Assembly: GCA_965248355.1 (NCBI GenBank)
Contig: OZ252098.1
Span: 96,001 to 160,000, forward strand
Direction of reading: 5' to 3'
DNA: 64,000 nucleotides
Source: Candidatus Latescibacterota bacterium
GTDB lineage: Bacteria > Latescibacterota > UBA2968 > UBA8231
The notes under the pieces are model-generated. The model had not been told where the DNA came from. It was given only the letters and a program-made list of their open reading frames with translations, and ran no database searches. Both the position numbers and the translations under genes were made by a program. The first letter of the stretch is position 1. The number at the start of each line of letters is the position of its first letter. Of the stretch, positions 57,191 through 64,000 are shown in pieces.

Positions 57191-59263
57191 GTGACGTCTA
57201 TCCGCTTCACCTTTCTGATCGGGCTCTGCTGCACGGGTGCGGTGACCGCGCAGACGTGGGAGCAGAGTTCGTGGCGCAGCATCACCTACTACCGTTCCAA
57301 CTTCGTTTCCGCCGCCGCTCTCGAGGGCCAGCTCCACGTGGCCGCCGTGGACAGCTACGAGGTCTACTTCAACGGCGTGCTCCTCGGCGGGGATTCTCTC
57401 GGTACCCGGATGCAGGCCTATGCCGTCCAGGTCCAGGACGGATCGTCGGGGAATGACCTCGCCGTGAAGGTCGTCAACCACGGCGGCGGCACCGGCAACG
57501 GCCTGATCGCCGCGGTGGCCACCGACGAGTACCGGATCGAGACGACCACGAACCAGGTGGTGCAGAGGTGGTACTGGACGGCTGGGGAGCAGCAGGGCCT
57601 CGAGTGGACGACGGCCGATCCCGAGGACGATCCGGCGTGGCAGACCGTGCAGCAGGGATGGGTCGAGCGCGATCGGATCCAGGACCTGCTCGACGCGGAG
57701 ATCGAGATCGTCTCCGGGTTTCTGTCGGGGATCGACGCGGGGGCCCGGCAGGGAAGCCTGGTTCTCAGTCAGATCCGCGGCCAGAACCTGGCCCTCGACA
57801 AACCGGGCAACCGTCTCGAGGTCGTGGACGGAAAGCTGAACACCTCCTGGGACCCGCCCACCACTGCCCTCAACTACTCAGCCAGTGTGGACCTGCAAGT
57901 CCGGCGCAACGTAAGCAGCGTCCGCGTCATCACCAGAGGAAGCAACCCCGGGCAGCTGGAGGAGAATTCGCTGAGGGGCTACTCGGTGCAGGTCAGCGAC
58001 GACCGGGTCCGCTGGACCGAGGTGGGCGTCATCCACGATATCGAGAAGTTCGACTGGACCGAGGTGCGCTTTACGCCGGTCTGGACCCGGTATGTACGTA
58101 TCGTAATAGTTGATATCAACTCCGTGAGCCCTCCCAAGGTCGCCGAGGTGGAGATCTACGGAGACGGGTACACCGATGAGGGCACATACCTCTCCGAGCC
58201 GCTCTCCCTGGGCGCGCCCGACCAGGCCAAGAATTTCGGCCGCGTGCGCTGGGATGCCGAGGTCCCCGAGCGTACGGACCTCTTCGTTCAGTTCCGGACG
58301 GGGACCTCCCCGGCGGACTTCGAGGATCCCGAGCGGGGGTGGAGCACCCCCCTGTCAGGCGGAGACGTCTGGTTCCCCGCCTCGGAGCCGGGAGCCTGGC
58401 TCCAGTATCGGGTCGCCATGGAATCCAGGGACCAGCGGCGCACGCCGGCCTTGCACAGCATCGAGCTGGACTACACTACCGCGGAGATCGCCGTTTCCGG
58501 CGCCCACTCGCGGGTCTCGCCCAACCGCGTGTCCATGGGTGCGGACACCCTCTTCGTGTGCACTCTGGACCTGGTCTTTGCCCCCGGTGACGCGGGGATC
58601 GAGCGGCTCCGCATCGACGTCCCCAGCGAGGCCCGGCTGGTCGACGACGGTCAGCTCCAGGGGATCCTGGCGGACTGGACCTCCACGCAGGATGCGCTGG
58701 AGCTCACCTTCTCCGAGCCGGTGCGCGACATCGACCAGTTGCTGATACCCTTTCGGGCCCGCTCCCATGCGAACAGCCACGAGTTCCGCGTGTTTCTCTT
58801 CAGCCCCGGGTCGGACAACCCCGTCAACGTGGCCGAGAGCGTCGGTCTGGACGAGACCACGGGTGATCCCTTCTCCTGGGCGGTGGTTCCCACGACCTCC
58901 CGCAAGGATGCCCTGTCGAGTGTCCGTGCCAATCCCTCCGTCTTCACACCCAACGGCGACGACATCAACGACGATACCGTCATCGAGTTCATTCTCAGCA
59001 AGGTCGACACGCCCCGTGACCTGGGACTGCGCATCTTCGACCTCCGGGGCGCCCTGGTGCGCGATCTGAAGCCGGCCCCCCTGGCGGCTGGTGTCTACCT
59101 GCGCCTCACCGGCAGCGGGGCGCGAGGCATCGTCCCCGGATACTGGGACGGCAGGGACGACGAGGGCCGGCTGGTGCCGCCGGGCAACTACATCTACCGC
59201 GTCCAGGTGGAGCTCGATGCCGCGAGCGAAACCGGCACCGGCGTCGTAGGGGTGGTTTACTGA
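57191..59263 (+). CDS. Secreted protein with lectin-like beta-sandwich, discoidin (F5/8 type C)-like domain and type-B-like CTD/FlgD-Ig
   Basis: Signal peptide; VDSYEVYFNG..NDLAVKVVN; NLALDKP..VDGKLNTSW..YSVQVSDD..TRYVRI..AEVEIYG; C-terminal PSVFTPNGDDIND..IFDLRG..WDGRDDEGRLVPPGNYIY. Confidence 0.82.
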   Translation: MTSIRFTFLIGLCCTGAVTAQTWEQSSWRSITYYRSNFVSAAALEGQLHVAAVDSYEVYFNGVLLGGDSLGTRMQAYAVQVQDGSSGNDLAVKVVNHGGGTGNGLIAAVATDEYRIETTTNQVVQRWYWTAGEQQGLEWTTADPEDDPAWQTVQQGWVERDRIQDLLDAEIEIVSGFLSGIDAGARQGSLVLSQIRGQNLALDKPGNRLEVVDGKLNTSWDPPTTALNYSASVDLQVRRNVSSVRVITRGSNPGQLEENSLRGYSVQVSDDRVRWTEVGVIHDIEKFDWTEVRFTPVWTRYVRIVIVDINSVSPPKVAEVEIYGDGYTDEGTYLSEPLSLGAPDQAKNFGRVRWDAEVPERTDLFVQFRTGTSPADFEDPERGWSTPLSGGDVWFPASEPGAWLQYRVAMESRDQRRTPALHSIELDYTTAEIAVSGAHSRVSPNRVSMGADTLFVCTLDLVFAPGDAGIERLRIDVPSEARLVDDGQLQGILADWTSTQDALELTFSEPVRDIDQLLIPFRARSHANSHEFRVFLFSPGSDNPVNVAESVGLDETTGDPFSWAVVPTTSRKDALSSVRANPSVFTPNGDDINDDTVIEFILSKVDTPRDLGLRIFDLRGALVRDLKPAPLAAGVYLRLTGSGARGIVPGYWDGRDDEGRLVPPGNYIYRVQVELDAASETGTGVVGVVY

Positions 59264-59291
59264 GAAGCTTCCGCTTCCTGTCTGGCTTGAC

Positions 59292-62147
59292 TTGGCAACC
59301 GAGGTCTCCGAGACGACGAACGGGACGGGTGATGAGCCTGGAGGGGTCGCGCCTGTCCTGGAGGTCGGCACCCGGGACGCCCACCGAACCGCGCTCTCGG
59401 TACCGCCGAGCGTCGAGCAGATCACCGCGGATCGTGCGGGCATCCTGATCGCCCGTGGCAGCCGCCCAGCCGGTCTGGAGCCCGCCGCCGGAGGCGGCGG
59501 ACGGACCGCGCGCAGGGCGGTGGCGGGTCTTGCCCTCTGGATGCTGGCGGGCAGCTTGGCCGAGCCCTGCCTGGCGCAGCGCTCCCCCGAGGACTACTGG
59601 TCGGGCCAGCAGGAGTTCCTGAACCGGGAGCTGCGTCCGCTCTGGGAGGAGCGCTACGAGAACTACAGCTTCCTCAGCTACCGGGACTACGGATTCCGGC
59701 CGGAGCGTCCCACCTACGATCCCTTCGGCTCCTACCTGGTCGACGGGGTGGAGATCCTGCGGATCGAGGAGTACGGCACCCTGGACCCCGCACGCAGCAG
59801 CAGGGTGCCCGGTTGGGGGCTGGGCCAGTTCCGCAACATGGTGGTCCTGCGCGACGCCTTCGGCGGCTGGTCGACCCGATTCATGATCGGCAACCTCCTG
59901 GACGGCCGGTTCACTCCCCTGACCCTGAACCTGTCCCGTCTGGAGGGGCTCCGCTGGGACGCGTCCTCCCACCGCAACAGCTTCTCCCTGATCTCGTCCC
60001 GCGTGCCCCGGCCGCTGACGGGTGCCCGACACTTCACCCACTACCTCTTCGGAGGACACTGGAGCAGCCAGTTCGGCGACGTCCTGACCTTCGGCGCCTC
60101 CTACGTGAACCTCCACCTGCAGGATGCCTCCCGGCGAAACACGAGCCTGCGCGGAGACGTCCCTTCGCGCCTGACCGGCACCTCGTCATTCTACCTGGTC
60201 ATCAGCGACGATTCGCCGGAGGACGACCACGGTGTCGATGTGTACGCCGTGGAGCTGTACGCCGATCAGCAGCGGCTGGACGTGGACCCCGAGGTGAAGC
60301 TGATCCCTCACGTGGTGGAGGTGAGTGAGGTCTCCCATATCCGCCGGGACGGAGCGTGGGCACCCCGGATCTTCAACGCCGACCGGATTTTCGTCGAGCG
60401 CACGGGGCTCTTCGCCAGGGAGGGCATCCCCCTCGTCGGGCCGTTCCCGCTCCAGGTGGGCGGCACGGACCTGCTGGTACTGCGCTACGAGGTGCCCGGT
60501 GATCCGCAGAGCCTGCAGTTCCGGGTGCAGGTGGCCGGAGACTACAGCCTGGACGTGGGCGCCGCCTATGGCTTCTTCGGCGGCGGCACGTCGCTCTGGA
60601 GCGACTGGCACAACGTCGAGCGGGCGCCTGGCAATGTGCAGGACGGGTCCAACATGGGCTGGGTCACCGTCGACTACGGCTTCCCCACGGGGATGGTCCA
60701 GTTCGGCAGCACGGTGGAGGCGGAGATCGGCGGCGCGAACCTGGAGGCGGAGTACATCAGCAACGTCCAGCACGCCCGTTTCCCCTTCGTGGGCCGCCGC
60801 GACAGCCGCGCCACGAGCGCCTGGTACGTGCGTCTCCTGCAGGAATGGTCCCTCGCGGACGTGGGGTTGGAGCTATTCGACGTCCCTCCGACCTACCAGG
60901 TCTCGTTGCCCGTGTGGTCCGAAGGCGAGCAGGCTGTCCTGCCGTGGGAGCTGGTGGAGGACAACGACGACAATGACGAGTGGCCGGACAAGGTGGAACA
61001 CTGGGATCCTCTGGACCCCGTCTACGTCGCCTATGCCAACGCCTCGGGAATCGACGTGGACGCCCTCCGACCCGATGCGGCCGGCGACTATGGTCTGGGC
61101 GGAGGGCACGGGGTCTTCCCGGGCCTGGATCAGGACGAGGACGGGGTGGTGGACACCAACGTCAACCGCAACCAGTTCCCGGACTATCTCGAGCCCTTCC
61201 TCATGTACTATGTCGAGCCGGACGACTTCGTGTACGGGGAGGACTTCAACAACAACGGCGTGGTCGACGTGCGCGAGAACGACAACAAGCCCGACCTCCC
61301 CTACGACCTGGACAGTCGGGGCTACCACGGCTTTGCCTCCCTGCAACCCCTCGAGGAAGTAGGGTTGCGTCTCGGACGGTACCAGGTCCGGCAGCGAGCG
61401 GCGGCTGGCAGGAACGAGGTGACCTACGGCGAGCTGGCCTACACGGCAGAGGGGAGACAAGCGGGCCGGTTTATCGCCCGCTGGCGCCTCAAGCGTATTC
61501 GCGACGACATAGCCAATCCCCTCTACGAGGCGGTGATCGAGCCCCTGACCCAGGTCAATGTGGCCATTCGACCGCGGCCCGATCTCATGCTGATGGAAAA
61601 CAGCCTCGTGAGCACCTTCTTCGGAAAAGGGCATTACACCGGCATCGAAGGCCTGAACGTGATCCAGGCGGCCAAGGTCGAGTGGAACAACCGCAGGGAC
61701 AGCCGGCCGGGACTGGGGGACGATATCGTGGACTGGAGCCTCGTGAGCAAGGCCGACTACGCCCTTGTCAGGGGCGGGCTGACCCTGAGCCCGATGGTGA
61801 AGTTCACCCTGCGGCGGAGGTCGGCGCCCGATGATCTCCTCATGCCCCTGCAGAGCCAGGAGATCATCCCCATTCTCCGGGCCGACTATGCGCTGAGTGA
61901 GCACACAACCCTCCGCGCAGGCGTGCAGGGACTGCCGTGGCACCACCGGTTCCGCGATGCCAAGGCGCCGTCAAGGGACTTCGACGCCCGCCACTACATC
62001 GTGGTCATCCAGAACCTGAGCAACTACACCGGGTACGACGTGAGCACGAATCTCGGATTCCGGTCCAGCCGCTCGGAGTTCGTCAAACTGCCGAGCCGGC
62101 GGACCCAGCGGCTCAGCGAGTTCTTCATCCAGGCGCGGATCCTCTAG
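59292..62147 (+). CDS. Large putative outer-membrane beta-barrel protein with acidic insert (paralog 2)
   Basis: GRFTPLTL, GNVQDGSNM, DNDDNDEWPD...GVFPGLD...PDYLEPFLMY...DFNNNGVVDVREND; true start probably later (GTG 59520 or ATG 59541, near the signal peptide). Confidence 0.75.
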   Translation: MATEVSETTNGTGDEPGGVAPVLEVGTRDAHRTALSVPPSVEQITADRAGILIARGSRPAGLEPAAGGGGRTARRAVAGLALWMLAGSLAEPCLAQRSPEDYWSGQQEFLNRELRPLWEERYENYSFLSYRDYGFRPERPTYDPFGSYLVDGVEILRIEEYGTLDPARSSRVPGWGLGQFRNMVVLRDAFGGWSTRFMIGNLLDGRFTPLTLNLSRLEGLRWDASSHRNSFSLISSRVPRPLTGARHFTHYLFGGHWSSQFGDVLTFGASYVNLHLQDASRRNTSLRGDVPSRLTGTSSFYLVISDDSPEDDHGVDVYAVELYADQQRLDVDPEVKLIPHVVEVSEVSHIRRDGAWAPRIFNADRIFVERTGLFAREGIPLVGPFPLQVGGTDLLVLRYEVPGDPQSLQFRVQVAGDYSLDVGAAYGFFGGGTSLWSDWHNVERAPGNVQDGSNMGWVTVDYGFPTGMVQFGSTVEAEIGGANLEAEYISNVQHARFPFVGRRDSRATSAWYVRLLQEWSLADVGLELFDVPPTYQVSLPVWSEGEQAVLPWELVEDNDDNDEWPDKVEHWDPLDPVYVAYANASGIDVDALRPDAAGDYGLGGGHGVFPGLDQDEDGVVDTNVNRNQFPDYLEPFLMYYVEPDDFVYGEDFNNNGVVDVRENDNKPDLPYDLDSRGYHGFASLQPLEEVGLRLGRYQVRQRAAAGRNEVTYGELAYTAEGRQAGRFIARWRLKRIRDDIANPLYEAVIEPLTQVNVAIRPRPDLMLMENSLVSTFFGKGHYTGIEGLNVIQAAKVEWNNRRDSRPGLGDDIVDWSLVSKADYALVRGGLTLSPMVKFTLRRRSAPDDLLMPLQSQEIIPILRADYALSEHTTLRAGVQGLPWHHRFRDAKAPSRDFDARHYIVVIQNLSNYTGYDVSTNLGFRSSRSEFVKLPSRRTQRLSEFFIQARIL

Positions 62148-62149
62148 CC

Positions 62150-64000
62150 ATGGCGGTGAACAAGGGCCTTGGCGCTGCCGCTCTGCTGACCGGGTGGCTG
62201 ATGCTGTCCCCGACGCCCGGTGTGAGCCAGCTCCTCTACGAGCCGGTCCGAGACTATGAGCAATACTACGCCCGCACAGGGTACAGGGAGTACACCGCCT
62301 CCTTGTGGTCCCAGGTTCGGGCCCCCGTCTTCGACGAACTGGGCAACTTCCTCCTCGACGGCACCGAGATCTGGCGCAGCCAGGAGACGCGTCCCATGGA
62401 GCGGGACCCCGGGAGCCTGTTGAACAAGGACCCCCAGTTCCGGTCCCTCGTGGGCAACCTCGTAGTGGCCCATGATACCCACAAGGACTGGGCCAGCCGG
62501 CTGATGGTGGGGAACCGGATACGGACCAAGTTCACTCCCTTGACCCTGGACCTGGCCCAGTTGAACGGGATCCGCTGGGACGTGGATCTCGGAGGCACAC
62601 AGGCCACCTTGGTGTCGTCGCGCTTCGACTGGCCGATCTACAACGACGACGACAACGCCTTCCACATGTCGAGGAACGAACCGACCAACCTGCTGGGCGG
62701 TCACCTCGCGCACAGGGCGGGAGCCCTCAGGGTGAGCCTCTCCTACGCCAACCTCCTGCGCACCGACAGCTTCGTCGGCTTTGGCGACAACAGCCTCAAG
62801 GGCGTGCTGCCTTCGCGGCTGAAGAATCCGCCCGCCTACCTCGCCGTCAAGATCAGCGATGGCTCGGAGGACGACGGCCGTGGCGCGCGGGTCTACGATG
62901 TTCGCATCGAGGGGCCCCTCAACGACCGCGTGGAAGTCAGCGTGACGCGCCACGACGCCGATGTGGTGAATCCGAACTTCCCGAATGGGGACAGGCTCTT
63001 CCGGCCGGGCTTCACGATTCCTCCCTACGTCGAGTTCCTCAAGGGGGACCTGACCCTGGAGGACCCCGGCGCCCAGGGCTTCCTGGAGGCCAACGGGAGA
63101 GAGTACCTCATCTACTGGTTCAAGATCCCCCAGGAGATGCGCGACGAGGTCGAGTCCGTTCGCTTCAACGCCATGGTGGCCAACGACTACCGCATCAGTC
63201 TGTCCGAGGTCTTCCTGCCCGCGGCGACGGCCACCACCAGCAATCCGGACATCCGGATCGTGCGGGCCACGTTCTTCCGCGACGTGGCGGCCCAGGAGGG
63301 GAACGTGGGCGACATGGGCAATCTGCGCCGCGTCTCCTTCGAGTACGGCCGCCAGAGCGGCCGTACCACGGGCAGCCTGCGCCTGGAGCTGGACCGTGAG
63401 GGATTCCAGGTGCGCGGGGAGTACGCTCGCAGCTTCAATTACCTCCAGTATCCGAGCACGATCGGGCGGAGCCGCTGGCGCCGGGAGACGGCGGATGCCT
63501 TCTTCGTCCACGCCAAGAAGCAGCTCGGATGGTTTCGCCTGGCCGGCGAGTACTTCCGGATGGACCCCCTGTACAGCACTTCCCTCTCCGTCCAGAGCAG
63601 GGAATACTGGACCTATTCCGATGACCTCGGCAGTCCCTTCATCGGAGAGGTCTTTCCCAACTGGCAGGACGGGTACAACGACACCGTCATCCTCGACACG
63701 GTGGACGACAACGACGACAAGGACCTGTGGCCCGATTTCCATTTCCTCAACAAGCACTTCGGCGATCGGGACGGCGTCTTCCCGGGACTCGACCGGGACC
63801 AGGACGGCCGGACCGATGTCAACGAGAACGGCAACGGCGACCCCGACTACAACGAGCCCTTCCTGCTCTACAATGTCGATCCGCTGGAGTACGACTACGG
63901 CGACGACATGAACAACAACGGGGTGATCGATCACCGCGAGGACGACTTCCGGCCGGACTACCCCTATCCGACGGACAGAAAGGGGTATCACCTCTTCGGC
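62150..64000 (+). CDS. Large putative outer-membrane beta-barrel protein (paralog 3), truncated by the window end and absent from the ORF track
   Basis: Manual translation from ATG 62150: MAVNKGLGAAALLTGWLMLSPTPGVSQ...RTKFTPLTLDL...GNVGDMGNL...DDNDDKDLWPD...DGVFPGLD...PDYNEPFLLY...DMNNNGVIDHREDD...KGYHLFG; open to the edge. Confidence 0.8.
   Translation, partial: MAVNKGLGAAALLTGWLMLSPTPGVSQLLYEPVRDYEQYYARTGYREYTASLWSQVRAPVFDELGNFLLDGTEIWRSQETRPMERDPGSLLNKDPQFRSLVGNLVVAHDTHKDWASRLMVGNRIRTKFTPLTLDLAQLNGIRWDVDLGGTQATLVSSRFDWPIYNDDDNAFHMSRNEPTNLLGGHLAHRAGALRVSLSYANLLRTDSFVGFGDNSLKGVLPSRLKNPPAYLAVKISDGSEDDGRGARVYDVRIEGPLNDRVEVSVTRHDADVVNPNFPNGDRLFRPGFTIPPYVEFLKGDLTLEDPGAQGFLEANGREYLIYWFKIPQEMRDEVESVRFNAMVANDYRISLSEVFLPAATATTSNPDIRIVRATFFRDVAAQEGNVGDMGNLRRVSFEYGRQSGRTTGSLRLELDREGFQVRGEYARSFNYLQYPSTIGRSRWRRETADAFFVHAKKQLGWFRLAGEYFRMDPLYSTSLSVQSREYWTYSDDLGSPFIGEVFPNWQDGYNDTVILDTVDDNDDKDLWPDFHFLNKHFGDRDGVFPGLDRDQDGRTDVNENGNGDPDYNEPFLLYNVDPLEYDYGDDMNNNGVIDHREDDFRPDYPYPTDRKGYHLFG

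Noticed and set aside
51499-64000. Barrel proteins as ordinary TonB-dependent receptors, BamA or autotransporters
   Set aside because: No plug-domain, POTRA or autotransporter signatures recognised by eye; only a profile or structure search can exclude remote homology

Overview
High-GC bacterial genomic window with no rRNA, tRNA, CRISPR array or intact mobile element that I can see. FlgD-Ig/T9SS-like C-terminal domains, a giant WD40 protein, DUF4838 and DUF6785 families suggest an FCB-group organism of the Latescibacterota/Gemmatimonadota type, possibly host-associated; this is inference only. Left half (1-35.8 kb) is mostly metabolic: a GMC/Gfo-Idh-MocA sugar-oxidation operon, a frameshifted ~1690-aa protease-WD40-Ig surface protein, a minimal SET-domain gene, an ABC-2 exporter, a form-II-like coxGSLM molybdoenzyme cluster with xdhC, mocA, coxE, coxD and moaA, an unusual FolC-ATP-grasp fusion, a PLP trans-sulfuration enzyme, an FAH-MFS-MFS-RraA operon, queC, DUF502 and a Zn peptidase. 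Right half (36.5-64 kb) is an accessory island of secreted, mostly uncharacterised proteins: three DUF4838 proteins, an FG-GAP/GH123-like fusion, other putative glycoside hydrolases and a DUF6785/6784 membrane protein. It ends in a module of three paralogous large putative outer-membrane beta-barrel proteins (two complete at about 950 aa, one cut by the window edge) that share an FTPLTL motif and an acidic Ca-binding-like insert. These are interleaved with sorting-domain-bearing surface proteins, one carrying lectin/discoidin-like domains. This barrel-plus-partner module, a candidate non-SusCD glycan capture or surface-display system, is the best candidate for an undescribed system. All family calls come from motif recognition by eye, not from database searches.
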